A DNA stretch of 64,000 nt. It comes from Psammoneis japonica. Taxonomy: Eukaryota. Both the position numbers and the translations under genes were made by a program. Of the stretch, positions 38,331-52,400 are shown in pieces. The stretch spans positions 496,001 to 560,000 of the forward strand of contig QPGO01000031.1 of the NCBI GenBank assembly GCA_008632985.1, written 5' to 3'. Positions within the stretch are counted from its first letter, which is position 1. Every line of letters begins with the position of its first letter. The notes under the pieces are model-generated. The model did no database searches and was not told where the DNA came from. It worked only from the letters and a program-made list of their open reading frames with translations.

Positions 38331-40949
38331 ATGTTTTGGTCCCTGGTTGTGAAATTTGTGGTGTTTGCTCTGTTTCAGATCCTTTCTCACTTTGGAATGT
38401 TCCAAGATGGCTTGCTTCAGTGGAATGACCAGATCCAGTCCCAAGAAAAGAGCTCTTCTGTTGCTTTGGTTTCTCAAGTGCTTTGAAGTTGACAAATCAA
38501 TTTGCTGTTGCTGTCCGTGGCACCACTCCAACTGTTCCTGGCGGGCATCATTGTTTGTTGGTGGCGCCTGTCATGGCTGATCGCAACACATTCCTGCCAC
38601 ACTGTTGGTGCACTGGGGGTGTGGGTTAGCTTGTTGCTGGAGTTGCAGGGTGGAAGTGCAGCAGCACTTTAAATGTGGATTTTTGGTTTGGTTTTGTGTG
38701 GGAGTGTGTGCATGTGTGAGGGCACAAGTGGAGCACGCAGAGTCACCACTGAGTGAGTTGACATGTGCGGTGGATTTTCCACTGGTTCAAAATCCACGTG
38801 GTCCACAAACCCTTTCAGTCAGCAAAACTGCAGCATGCTGTGGCACTTGGCGCAAAATTATGTGCGCACTTCACCGTGTCAAAAAATGGAAACCAACAAA
38901 AGCACAAAGGAAAGAGACAATCTGTTGTCTGCCCTGTGCAATGGAGGTGCTCCAGTGTTGAACTCGCTTTGCAAGATTGTTCCATGCAACATTTGTGACA
39001 AACTCATGAAGAGACTTGGATGCTGGATCTCCTCCATTGCATTCAACAAATGGCACTTGGGCCATTGTCACGACGTTGTTCGCAAGGTGAGCACAAAGAC
39101 TCACAACTGTTTTTTCCACAAATGATTCACAATTCAGTGAAAACATGGCTCCAACATGCACGTGAAAAACAACGGCATTTAAAGGTGCTCTGTTTTCAAA
39201 AAGGCGCTGGATTTTTAAGCCATTTTCAATTTTTTAAAAGGTGCTGAGCAATGAACAAAGGTGCTGACTTTTTGGGCTGTTTTTTTTTTTAAGTGCTGGG
39301 TTTTTAAAGGTGCCAAGTGCAGCACTGTGCTTTCAGGTGTGTGCAAGGGAGAAGAATGGTCAAGGCATGAACTCATGATGGAGAGTGTCTCTCTCATGAT
39401 GATGCTCACAGAGTGCCCGTTGCATGCTCTGCCATCTCCAGAGCAAAAAATTTGAGCAGCCCTGGGAATGACTTTGCTCTGGCCCTGTCTGGCTGACCAG
39501 AGCAGCTGGAGCTGGAGCAGTGGAATGCGTGCAGATGTGCACAAGTTGTCTGTTGTTGTTTGCTCACATGCCTTTGCACACTGAGCATGCACACAAATGA
39601 CAAAACCTGGCTTTTTTTGGCTGTGACGACCTGCAGCACCTGAGAGAATTTGATGTAAAAAAGCAGTTCATTTGCCAAAATCTCACATCACAACATGACT
39701 CATTGAGAACACATCACAGGGCTCTCTTTGGAAAGCAGCTTTCTTCTAAATCTGTGACATCCACTTCATTTGCAATGACAAGCAACAAAGTTCAGCAGGA
39801 TGCCGTGGGCTGTGGAGAGACAATGATGTGCAATTTAGACTTGCAGCCTCAGTGTTTTTTCTTTGTGCCCACCATCAGGTGTTTCATCATTGGCTTCTCT
39901 CAAGATGAATTTTTCATGGCAATTGTGTGTTCCCGGTGTCAAACATGTGACAAGTGACAACATGTCAAGGGTGTCCAGCAGCATCACAAATGCAAGCAAG
40001 TTGATTGAATCCAATGGGCTTTTTGCACTTGCTCCAATTGCATTGGCACAGATCACAAGCCAGCAAATGTGACCTTGGCACATTGTGTGGAGCATCTGGT
40101 GATGTCAGCACAATTGATTGCATTGTCAGGTGCAGCAGAACATGGGGGCAAACTTGTCATTTGGTGTGCATTGCATTGCTGCAAATTTGCAAAAATTTGG
40201 AATTTTGCCCCACAACATTCTCTCATTGCAGCCCATCTGCATCTGTGAGCCACCTCATCTTTTTGTTGTTCACATGTTGATTGCATGCAAGGAAGCACAT
40301 GCATGGATGACAAGACAATTTGCGCACCTTTGGCAGAATGGCCGCAGATGGACAAGAAGGGTGTGGGTGTGATGAAGAGATGCAGGTAGAGGAGCATGAT
40401 GTGCCCAACCAACATGAGCCAACTGGCTGTGCAATGTGCAGCATGCGCATGCAAGACAGTGTGTGATGCCATCTCAGCAAGTGTTTGAAGACAGCTGTGG
40501 TGACTTTCTGTTTGACAATGCACCAACAGATTCCCAATGAGTGCAGCATGACCCGTGTGCAGCAGAGTGAAAGGCACAGTTGTCCATCTGGGGCAGTGCT
40601 GCTCTCAGCTGTTGCAACAAGTGCTGATGGCAGCCAATGCATGCAGAAAAAATGGTGCAGTGAGTCCCTGGGTGCAGCTTGTTGTTGAGTTGGGGCACGA
40701 TTGTTGTCAGCATTTTTGCAATTTTGTTTGCTGCGAACACCAAAAACTCAGGACATTGATGACAATGACATCATCTCAAGCAATGGATTGGAGCACTCAA
40801 GCAGATGCCAGCAAGCCAAATGTTTTGCACTGGGTTAATTTGTCATGTTTGCATTGTTGTGCCTGCATGCCTGAAATCAGCGTGGGTGATGTTTTCATCC
40901 CCACATGGCTGCCATTGTTGCTTCTCATCTCTGTCACATGTTTTGACCC

Positions 40950-42200
40950 AACCTCATCCATTTTTTGAAGCTGCGCACATTTCCTGCATGACAGTGTTGC
41001 CAAAAAAATGCTGGAATGCTGGAGTCCAACAATGCCTCTGTGTGCTCTGCCCACAGCTGGGTGACCCCAATCATCCATGAACACTTCAGCATGGTTGTGT
41101 TCCTTTTTAACAAGGACAAGGAGGGCACTGCCGAAGGCAACCCAATGGACATTGTGGGGTGTGGGCTGGGCCTTTTTTGCTGGCCCAGTGCCAAGCACTT
41201 GATTCCCAGTGTGACCCTGACCCTTGGCATGCCAATCACTCTGAAAGTTCAGTGTCCCTCTCTGGGATTTGCTTGCAGCAGCACTTTGTGCCGCTGCCCC
41301 CCAGTGCCAATGCCGCCATGCCAGCAACTCCAAATGCATTGTCATTGTCCCGGAGCACAACTTCTGGCAACTCCAAGAGAGCTCTCATGTTTTCCCAGAA
41401 CACAACCTGGAAAATGACAAGAATCACTTTGGAGATCTTGGATTTGCAGAAACAACAGGGCTTGAGCCATGGAATGACACCAGCACACCCATCCATGCTG
41501 AGCAGCAACAAACTTTCCTGTCAAGAGTTTCTTCATGTGCTCTTGCACAGTGCACAGCCATGGACCATCACTTGTGTGTCCATCATCCCAATTTCTTTTT
41601 TGGGAAACTCAAGAATGGAGCAATGAGCAGGGCATGCTGCATGATGATGGTTGGTGTGCATGATGTGTGACATCTGACTGGCTGTCACATTTGACCATTT
41701 GGCAGGTTGACTGCTCTCTGTTGCTGTCTGACCATGCTTCCTCTGGTGTCTGTTGCACTCTTGGATGAGCTCCCTGGTTGGCTGTGGTGCAGGCCATGAG
41801 CACCAGACCTTGAGCTGAGGCTCCAGATCTGGGGACCTGAATTTGGAGCTCCAACCAGAGAGCTGCCACCCCAAAGGAAGGCAAGCAAGAGGCCTGCACT
41901 CAAGCAACAAGTGAGGCAAAGGTGAAGGTGAAGTGGGAGGGGAGCTGTGCAATGGCTCCTGGGCCACAAAGCAAAGAGCTGGGAAGGCCACAGCACCTCC
42001 ATGGAGAACAGCCAAGCAGTGTCATGCAAGCAGCACAGAGGACAAGCAAAGGAAGGCAAAGCCAGTGGGGAGCAAGGTTGGATGAGAGCTGTCAAACAAG
42101 GCAGTTGGGCTCCACCAGATGTGGAGGATGCATGCTGAGCTGCTCTCACATGCCATCTAGCTGCACCACAGCCAGGTGTTCAACTTGGGCAGTGCCAGTC
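40950..42200 (+). mobile_element. Degenerate CRE-like non-LTR retrotransposon (RT and downstream region)
   Basis: KEGTAEGNPMDIVGCGLGL (cf. EGVTQGDPL.M..YGLG), PWHANH (cf. PWYADD), SKCIVIVPEHN...FGDLGF..TTG and PSML...LSCQEF. Confidence 0.65.
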
Positions 42201-42249
42201 TCAAGGCAGGCATCATGCAAGCTGGCTGCTGGAGAAGCATGGCACACTC

Positions 42250-43300
42250 CCAGAGGCTCACAAGAAGGTGTGCCAAGCCTCCAGGCTTGGTGAGTGCTGC
42301 AGCAACAAATTGTGCAGCTCTCTTTGCAATTTGTTGCAGCAAAGCAGAAGGTGCAGCTGGGTGGCCTCCTCAGAGAGCCTCCAACACCAAGGCAGAGCAA
42401 GATGAGCAGAGGCACAGAAGGCAGAGTCAACCTCAACAAGCACCAAAGGCATGTCAGTCCACTCACCTGCTTCATCATTGAAAGGGATTGACACACAAGC
42501 TTGACCCTTTAGAGTCCCACTCTAAGTGCAATTGGCAAGACAACTGGTGCATTGTCCAAAACAGCACAAAAGCACCAGGCAGCAATCAAGCGGTGCAGTG
42601 TGGTGTCAATGGAAGAAAAGAGCCACACAAGTGTTGACAATGCATGGGGCCCTTGGCATTGACAAAAGGCTCCTACACTCAGCTTTCAATGAGCTTTGTG
42701 GGGAAGCCCATGCACTGGATTGGCACAACCAAGCAATTGCACAAAGTTGAGCTCAAGGCTCCACAACCACCCAAGCATGCACAGGGTGTCAGACAACTCC
42801 TCCTCAGAGTGTTGGTCACATGAGACCAAGCAACTGACAAGCCAAGACCAGAGGTTCTTGTCAAAGCAAGGCTCCACGAGATGGTCATGTGGCAACCACA
42901 AGTTGCAGTGAGCTCCAACTTGTGTCATGATCTTGCCATGGCACCACAATGCTTTGGAGAAGGCCCAAGCTGCTTGAGTGCTGATCACCCAGTCAAGAGC
43001 CATGGCAATGCAGAGGCACAGGAAGACGCCTGTGCTGGTGTCTTGAAAAAGGTGCTGCACATGATGTCAAAAGCTCTGGGCCATCTCTCTGCAGGCAAGC
43101 AGCAGAAGGAAATTTGATGCATTTCTCAACTGGCCAGATGACAACAACCCAACAATTGTCAGTGTCAAAACCCAAGAAGCAAAGAAGATGGCTGACAATC
43201 ATGCCATCCCATTTCATGTGGCTGAGCACCAGAGTTGGTCATGGACTCTTGTCTGAGAATCCAAGCACAGTGAAAGCTGTGATGGCATTGATGGCTTAGA
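42250..43300 (+). mobile_element. Possible second degenerate CRE-like LINE RT fragment
   Basis: SAFNEL and FLSKQGST resemble NAFNE and FLSKEGVTQGD; heavily decayed. Confidence 0.4.
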
Positions 43301-44279
43301 GAGTGCATTCCACAGTGTGTGCTGTGGCATTGTTGCACAAGGTGTTCCATGGAGTCTGTGCAACACCTTGATGCCTTGAGACAACCATCAAGCTTTCTGA
43401 TTGTAGAATGACAAGAACAATGAAGATCCAACTTGTGGTGCACTTGCTTCTTGCATTCATCCTTGACCCTCAATGATGCAATTTGCAAGCCTCCAATTGA
43501 ATTTCAGAAAATGAGCCCACCAACCTGTTCTTCTCTGAAACAATGGTCTGGAAACTCATTGACTCTGCCTTGAATTTAGAGTCAAAGAGGTTCATGTCCT
43601 TTGTGTTTTTGACAGAGCCATCACCAGGAGCGTTTGCACTGCATCGACACAGCACCATGGTCCAAGCTTTCCTGCTTGCCATTCAGCCTGGCTCAACTGC
43701 ATTGTGCCAACCTCCACATTGTCTGAATCATCCAGTTTGTTCCAAAATTCCAAAAACAATCTGGGAAAGTTAACAAGTGGGGCCATCCTTTGTGATGGAC
43801 ACACATGCCTGCCTTGGACCACACCCCGACTTAACCATGATGTGGACACGACATGCACAGAGTCATGCCTCTTTGCCAAAAACATGCAGAAGACGAATCT
43901 AACTTGCACTGCTTTGTTCTTCTCACCCTTTGTGAATGCACTCAAGCTGCAGTTCTGTCATGTGTGTCTTCATCCTTTGACAAACTGGGATCTGTCCATT
44001 CCCACGGCTTTGGAGTCTGACAAAAGAAGAGCAGATTTGTGACAGAAAATCATCTTGCCCCACTTGGTTTGCTTCTTGATTAAACGCACCCATTTTCCTT
44101 TGGCTGCTTCACAAGATTGGGTTTGTAGGGTGTTCTGCCGTCAAGACATAAATTGCACAATTTTGAAGTGGAAAACATGATTCTGCCCAATCTCAGATGT
44201 AAAACAAAGCCAGCTCTCAAATGCTGACAGTGACAAAATTTTCTGTTGTGTCTTTTCCCAGTGCAAATCCCACAGCAGC

Positions 44280-45520
44280 CACATGAATTTGAAAATTCAT
44301 GCTGCAAAATGCTCAAATCATCATCATCTCCTTTGGCCCAGAAACATTGTTGACAAATTGCAAGAGCAAAAGGTCAAGAGCACATCAATGCATCTTGAAT
44401 GTCTTGATGAGCTTGTTGAGTGCAGTTGGTCCAAATTCAGCCAAAGTGTGCTTTTGTTGGGCTTTTTTGCAAACTTGCACACATCAGCACCCGATGGAGG
44501 ACAACATGATTGCTGAAGCCCAAAGACATTCCATGCCTTCCCCTGTCAACTCTGCACATGCATGGCTTTTTGGAGTCAACATCACATGCACTTCCATGAT
44601 GCACATGATGCTGTGAAAGGAGCACAGCTTCATTTGCAAAATCTTCACAAGAGGCAAGCACTTCTGCCAGCTTTGCACATTTTTTGCACAACTTAAGTGC
44701 TGATCTTCTGCCCCTCCTTTTTCATGCTTCAGGTTTGCACCAATCAACCCCCTTTCAACCAAGACTTGCAGCAACCCCTTTGGTTTGCTGTGCCAACCTC
44801 AGAGTTTCTTCTGCTCCATCTTTTTTGTTGCTGGAGCACTTGCTTTTTCACAGCCATCCTGCAAATTCTTCCTTGCTGTGCCCTTTGGCATGGCACAGAT
44901 GGAGTTCTTGCTGGTCAAGTCATTCTCCAGCTCTTGCCAGAGTTTCTCAGCAGGAGCTCCATTTGTCATTCATGGTGTCATTCCTTTTCTCACAGTTGCT
45001 CCTCCTTTTCCATGGGGCTCAGTGTCATCCTAAAATGCCATTGATTGTGTGTCACCAGCTTGCAATCTGCAAGCATTCACATGCCATCCCATGCATTTCT
45101 CTGTCAATTTGGCATCTCTCATCATGTGTTCCCCATCCCAGGTTCATCTCATGTGCAAATGAGCTGTTCTCCATCTGCTTTGAATGGCCCATGACAGTGG
45201 CAAAAAAGAACATGTGGTCAAAATCAGGGCTCCTCATTTCTGCAATTGTGTTGACACACAGTCCACAATGTTGCAAGTCCAGCACCTTTCATTGTTTTGG
45301 CTGCACTGAAACTCACATGTGAGTTGTTGTTTGTTGTGTTGTCAAAGCTTTCTTCTTTGTGCTTCTCATCCTCTGGCATCCATTGCTGCTGCTTCATCAC
45401 AGTGGAGCACTCCTTTCCTTTTTCATTGGCTTTCTCTCAAACAAAGCATCACTGAGATCTTTGCAGCAAGCCAAATGCCAGGCATGTGAAAAAAAGAGGC
45501 TCTGGTTTGCAACCAATGCA
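44280..45520 (-). mobile_element. Degenerate IS630/Tc1-like DDE transposase
   Basis: PDFDHMFFF...GHSK...MNLGWG; LQVLVERGLI; LASCEDFANE; LTPKSH..AELTGEGMECLWA (cf. TPKYHAELAGEGIEYSW). Confidence 0.7.
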
Positions 45521-46699
45521 AACACCAACACAGCATGGCAGTTGGGCTGGTTGTCACCAAGCAGTGCCATTTTCTGCCAGCCACTTTGCAGCATGATGCT
45601 GACAACACTTGCCCTGACAACTCACACTGCTCTCACTCTCACTTCCTTCCTCTCCTTTAAGACATCCAAGGACAGCCCAATGCCAAATGGCCTTTTTTTA
45701 TAAGTTGGTTGCCATGCTCTCAATGTCCCATCCAGAGGCAACTGAGACTGACACCCAGCTGGAAAATTGACAACATCAGACAAAACATCAGTGCAATCTC
45801 ACACCACCATCTTGACAAAGGTGGTGTTCCATGATTGTGAACAGGTGAGAAATTTGGCAACAGTGTGACACAGAATGATGTCCACTTGTGCAAACCCTGC
45901 AGGACAAGCCACAAAAGGGTTTGTCATGGTGGTTGTGAGTGAGGTGTCCCTGGCAAAGCCTCACATGAAGAAAGCATGAGTGGAGACTTGCACTCTGACC
46001 CTTGTCAGCAAAAAGGAGCAACAACCCAAGAAAATGAGCAAGAAGATGTGCTTGACAATGTCTGCCAGCCTGGCTCATGGTTGGTCACATCACAAACATG
46101 GCCAACCATGCAGCTCTTGTGCTTGTTTCAACAAACACAAGAGCAAGGCAGGGCTCCCAACTTGTGGCTTGAGCAACAGGAATTTGGACAAGAAACCTTA
46201 AAAGCTTGCAACCTCCCTGGAGACTGGCCTGCTTCAGCCAGAAATTTGCAGACTCATCAATGACCCCACCCCCAATGACAAAAAATGACAAGGACAAAAA
46301 AACAAGTCATGTGCTGACAGTGAAAAGGAAAATGCAACACCCAAGAATAAAAAGAAGGACATTGACAATGGAAGAGATGGCAAGGAGGTTGAAACTGCCT
46401 CAAAGGAAAGAGCACATTTGGAGGAGAGCACTTTCGCCTCAGCTGCAGAGCACATCATTCACAAGGCACATGGCAAGACATGTCACTTGATGACAGATCT
46501 CATTGGTGGTGTGGTGGAATGTCAGACAATCAACACTGTCAAGAGTGTTGATGCTGGGCAGCACCTGCTCATGCCTGCCAAACAATGCAATTTCATGGGG
46601 TCAAAATGTGAAAATGGGGAGCTCAGAGAGGTTTGCTGCACTCCAAATGGCAGTTTTGCAGCAGGGTTGCAATGCAAAAAGAGCCAAGGACATCAGAAC

Positions 46700-48000
46700 C
46701 CTGTTCACCAGGCAAACAGCAGATGACTTGGGATGTGGGTGAGCATGAGATGCTCATCCTTGTGATGGAACAACTTCTTGAAAGCCATCTTGAGTCCACT
46801 CTGGAAAAGGGAAAATTGCCAGAGAGCAGCATGCCAAGACATTCAACAGAATGGCCCCATGTCAAAACTTGCAGGAAGCAGCAAGATGCATTTCTGAACA
46901 TGAAATTTGTGGATTGCTTGCACACTGAATGACATTGATGGAAAGACCAATGAGCCCATCTTTGATGCACTGCACTCAAAACATCTTGATTTAAGAGTTC
47001 TTGAAGAAGAAAAAACAGCAAACTGCTGGAGCTTCAACACATCATCACAGACAGTGCAACAGAGACCATGACAAGAAAAATGTTGAGGAGACTTGTTTGG
47101 GACAGATGCCAGCATGGCATCAGATTGGCTGCTCTGCCACAGCAAAAGCCAGTGGGTTGCTCAGGGAAGCATTGCGTGTGTTCACAAACTGCCTGGCAAA
47201 TGAGTCTTGTCTCCCATGGGCAGCCTGCCAAGCAATGACAATGACATTCTTGGTGCCAGAAAAAAATCTGGGCAGCCATCAGGTCTTGAACTCGTGGAGG
47301 TCTGGCACTGTGCCATGCCCAAGTCCATTCTTGCAGTTGCTGGATTTGAAGCCAAGGAAGCCTGTCGCATGGATCAGCTTTGTGCTGAGCTGGAAGCAGG
47401 TGCCCAAGAGTGAGATTCAGATGACATGGACATGCTCTGGGAGCAACACAATTGAAAACAACTGTGGTTTTCTGTTTGTTGAGACCTTCAGCAGAGTCAA
47501 TGCATTGAATGTGATCTTGATGCTGCACAATGTGAGGCACAATCTGGGACAGGTTTGCTGTCAGTTTTTTGCAAGCACTGGGTGATCCCAGTCCTCCATG
47601 GACACTTTGGCATGGCCAAGTTCCTTTTCTGTGAGAAGGTGCTGTCCAAGAAGGTGATCCACTGGGCATGGTGGCACATGGGCTGCACATGGGCCAAGCC
47701 TTCTTAAACTGGTCCAATGCTCAACACTTGAGATTTCCCAATGTGCTTGCTCCTTGCCCCTTGGCATGCCAGCAACTCTGCTGCTGTGGGATTTTTCTTT
47801 GCACTTTGCACCATTGGTTGCAAGCATGAATGCCACCCTGTTGACAACTTTGAGAATGTTTTCATTTTCCCAGAACACAACCTGGAGAACACCAAAAATC
47901 ATTTTAGATGTCTTGGAGTGGGGGGGATTTCATTGGCAAGAAGGATGTGCACAACCAGCAGATCAATGCAAATCAAAGGCACAGACCTTGGCAGTCAATG
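46700..48000 (+). mobile_element. Degenerate CRE-like non-LTR retrotransposon RT
   Basis: KASGLLREAL...LANESCLPWAACQAM, VAGFEAKEACRMDQLCAELEAG, GFLFVE...MLHNVRH, EGAVQEGDPLGMVAHG and PWHASN (cf. WYADD). Confidence 0.75.
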
Positions 48001-50244
48001 AGGTCACCAAGATCATGATTTGTCACCCACAGACCACTCCTCACACCAGTCTTCAGAAGTTCCCACAGCATGAGTGGCAATGTGTGCAGCACATCATTTG
48101 AGGATTGCACAGAAAACCCATTCCCCCCCAAGATGGAGCCCATGTTGGGGGACGTTTTACCCCCTCAACAGGTCCTGCCCCTGCACCCCTCCACTGTCAC
48201 ATGCAGAAGGGTTGTGCCTCAACTTGAGGTTTCCCATCTGTGTTGCATCATGTCAAAGCAAATCACCTGGCTTGGCTGTGTTCCCATGATGTCACCCATG
48301 AATGTCACTGCCCCAATTCTGAGACTTGTTGATGTCACACTGTGACATAATTTCACAACGTCAGATCCTCCACCCCAAAGGGATGACTTCACCATCACAA
48401 TGTCAGAATTTTTGATCTGGCCCATCTGCCTCATGTGCACGTCACACCCAAACTCTGAAGTTGGCATTTGTGCTGTCTTGCATTGTGCATTTTCCATCTT
48501 GGCTTGGCTGTTTCACCCACTCTGATGTTTTGTGCATTTCAATGCATGACAGAATCATCATGCAATGGCTGGCAATGCTGCGCTGTTTTGCTGTTTGTCA
48601 GACCATCATGTTGTGTCCATTTCTGCCAAATCCATCACCGTTGGATGCCCTTTTGTTTCTTCTGGAGACGCCCCCTGCTCTGCAACTGTTGGTCACCGCA
48701 AGCAATGCAACATGTCACCCAACAGCACCCATTGTTTTCTCTGCATCACACATGCATCCTGCTCTGCAGTCATTCTCCATCCTCTTGGTTTGCAATGTTG
48801 CATTTGAACCCGACAACAAGCTCTTGCCCATGAATGAAATTTGCAGCTGTGAGAGAGCCACGCACCATTCTTGTTGTAAAGGAAATGACAATGCAAGACA
48901 CACATGTGGCACAAACTTGCCTCTTCAATGTGAGTCTTTGTCCTCCTCTGCCTGCTTGGTTTCCCACTCTGCATCTTAAAGCAAACCTTGCAGCATCAAT
49001 CTTGATCGTTTCTCTTGTCTGTGGCATCCAGCCCATTCATTGGCCATGTCGTTCTGCTGGCCATGATGGTTTGGGGGTTCCTGTTGTTGGTGCCTTTCAT
49101 GCGGCAAGGATGACCAAGTCCACCCCAGCAGCACTCCAGTTGTTCATGTTTCATGTCCAATGTTCAGTCGAAAAGTCGGTTTGTGTGTTGGTTGCAGCTC
49201 CATCAGATGTGTCCTTGGCAGTTTTCAAAGTTTTCACGGTTGCCATTTGCAGGTGCTGGAAACGTTTGTCACTGAAGTTCTTAATTTTGATTTTGAACAA
49301 TGATGACATCCAGCTGTGGATTTGTTCAATGTGGTCATTTTGAAAAATGCAGATGTCCAGCCTTTAAAAAAGGCTTTTTTGAAACTTGTGTTTTCCTTTC
49401 TGATGAAGCTCCCTCTCGCAACAAACGTCCAATTTCCTTGTGACGTGGATGCCTTTTTTGTGCTGTGCATCACAAATGCAATGTCAGATTCTAGCTGCTG
49501 AATGGGCACAATGCTTTTGCACCACCTGCAGCATGTGCCTGCCATCAACAGCACCACTGTTGCCCCTCCCCATGCCTGGCATGTTGCCAAAGCAGTTCCT
49601 GCTTGCTCCATGGCAGAGTTTGCATCTTTGCAGCTGGCATTGCCAGAGCCCCTCCCCGTGTGCCCAATGTGGGTTGACAGTGCATTGCCGCAGCCCCTGG
49701 CTCTGTGATTTGCAACGTGCTCTGCCACAGCAGAGTTCATTTTCCATGATTTCTGATTCACCATTTTGTTGTTTTTGTGCAAGTGCATCCATCACTGTTG
49801 GTTGTCATGTCCTCTGCAGAGTTTCAGAGTTGCCACAGCAGCAAGTGAACACCAACAATCCACACGCACTGGCTTTCAGGGACAGCTGAACCCTTTTGAC
49901 AGAGATTTCAGGTGTGTGCAACATTGATGGCACTTCTTCCTTGGAGAGGTGCCACTCTCAGTCTTGCCAGGGAGGCAAGCCCATTGCTCTCTGAGGCCAT
50001 CTTGATGTTCAGAGGTTGGGGGGGGAGCCACAGGCATCCCAGGCCACGCGAACAACTTTGCACAAAGACATCACCTGGGTGCAGCTGCAGCCGGCAACCC
50101 GGGCAGTTGCTCAAAATGTTTAGAGACAAGAGCAACCTTGTCTGCCATTCATGGCCACCAGACTTTTTGAAAAGTGGCAGATTGTAGATTTAAAAACAAA
50201 AGAATGCTCTTCACCCTTGGACCACTCCACATGATGGCATTCAA

Positions 50245-50465
50245 TGTTGGCATCCACTTGAGCCACCCAGCAAGTCATTGGCATCTGCTTGAGCCACCCA
50301 GCAAGGTGTCGGCATCCTCTTGAGCCGCCTTGCATGCTGCAGTGTCCACTTGAGCTGCCCCATTTGAAGTGGTGTCAACTTGAGCCACCCGCATGATGTG
50401 GCATCACACTTGAGCTGCCTGCATGACATGGTGTCAACTCAGCCACCCTGCATGATGTGGTGTCT
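50245..50465 (+). repeat. ~30-bp minisatellite, about 7 units
   Basis: Head-to-tail cttgagcc(a/g)ccc...gg(c/t)(a/g)tc units. Confidence 0.8.
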
Positions 50466-50999
50466 TCCTGCAGAAGTGTGGACAAAGATTGAAGGAAAAC
50501 AAGAAGTTGAGAAAACAAAAAAAACAATGCATTGAATCAACGGAATCCATCAAATGCTGTGGAGTGATTCATTTGCTGAGAATGTGAGAATGAAACAACA
50601 GCACAATGACAGACGCAGTTTTTGTTCATTTTTGGACTGTCTCTCACCTCTCTTTTCACAGATGTGCTTGTCAGAGCAAAACAAATCATGTCATGCATTG
50701 GCACTGTTGTCAGGAAAGCATTTGGCAGCAAAATTGGCAATATTTGTTGATGCCATCATGGTGACAGAGAAAAATCTAATGTTGAAATGACGAGAAAGAA
50801 AGGTTTGCGACACAGGGAGGGAAATCTGACCTTGTTTCATGACGTCCCATGACGTTTCACAACAGTGCATCAGAATCTGACATTGTGGTGGTGACATCAA
50901 CAGGATCGGAAAATGCCAAGGTTGCGCTGCAGTTCCAGAGCCACGAAAACTGTTTTCTAAACCAAGGGCATCATGTTCATTGAAAGATCTGGACAGGAA

Positions 51000-52400
51000 C
51001 ACAACAAAGCATGGCCATCAAATAAAAATGTCTGGTGTGACATGGCCAAGTGGAGGGAGGTCAAGATGAGGGAGGTTTGGGGGGTGAGTCACCTGAGATG
51101 GTGCACCCCTGACATGGACACCCAACATGAGGGACTCCATTGAGAGGGAGTCCCTTGCAATGGCAAAAACACCCTCAAGCTGGGCAAAGTCTGATGAAAC
51201 CCATTTCCTGTGTGTGGCAAGCTGTTTGCAGATGTGGAAGTTTCTCCAGCATTGGCTGGCAAGATCCCAGTGGGTGCAAACACAAAAACAGCCTTGTTGT
51301 TCTCCCAAGAAAATTTGCAGGACTGTCCATCTCTCTCATCCAATGGAGTCTGTGGTGCAGAGCCACAAAACAAATGCTCTTGCATGCTCTCACATGATCA
51401 ACTTGCTGCACAGCTGCTCAAAAGCCACCTTGGCATTCCACAAGGACATGATTTGTGAAGTGAAATGAGAAGCACAGCTCTGAGGAAAGCACAAGTGCAT
51501 CATGAGGAAACCTTGAGATTGAGACTCTCAAGACTCTCCACCTGCAGATGGCCCAAGCCACAGGATGCAGTGCCAAGGCTGGCACATGGCTGTCAGCACA
51601 CCCATCCATGCTGAATGGTGCCAAACTCTCCAGCCAAGAGTTTTGCAACACACTCTGTGCTGTTTGGGTGTGCTTCACCTGATCTGCCTGGGAATTGCAA
51701 TGGATGTGGGTGCAAGTTCTCCATCCATTCAACACACCCTTCAGCTCAAGAAGCCCCCCCCCCCCCCCCCCCAGGTCATCCAGCGACATGACCAGATTCA
51801 TGACAAGCCAGCAATCTGTTGTTGGCAAAGGCAACCAAGCCTTCCCAAATGCATGCATGATGAACCTGTTGTTGACCCTTGCCACACCTCAGGAGTCCAA
51901 ATGCAAAGAGAGCCAACAACCCCCAACAGAACTTGCTGAGCATTGCTGCAAACTCAAACAAGATGGGAGATGGCAGCTGTTGAGATGTCTCAGTCTGCAG
52001 TGGGTGGGGAAGAATGGCGGATGATGCAGTCATGGATGTCAGAGTTGTTGACACAGACACGAAGTCATGCTTGTCCAAGACACCAGAACAGCTTCTGTTG
52101 GACCACAAAAAAGCAAAAGCACAGCACAAGTCTCAAGCCTTGCCTTGAACAACATCACAGGCCTGCTTGGCAAAGAGGCCAGGGGCAACTCTGCACTCAA
52201 CAGCACAGCACAGTTGGCCAACAAATGGCAAAAGCCACACTTGGAAGTGCTGGGCTTTGTTGGTGTGAGAATGAGAGCTGTGTGCAGCAACGGCAAGGGC
52301 AGCAGCCCGCCTTTGCCTGTGGGACTCACACATCCCACTGTCCTCTCAGATTGGCACCAGATGCGCTCAATGGGAAAATGGCACTGGTCCATCTCTCCAC
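51000..52400 (+). mobile_element. Degenerate CRE-like LINE 3' part (zinc knuckle and restriction-like endonuclease region)
   Basis: GTWLSAHPSMLNGAKLSSQEF; GLLGKEA...LANKWQKPHLEVLGFV..RM (cf. LA.KW.KPYSEV.G+V..RM). Confidence 0.65.

Noticed and set aside
50245..50465. CRISPR-like array
   Set aside because: Units are head-to-tail with no unique spacers, there are no cas genes, and the context is eukaryotic.
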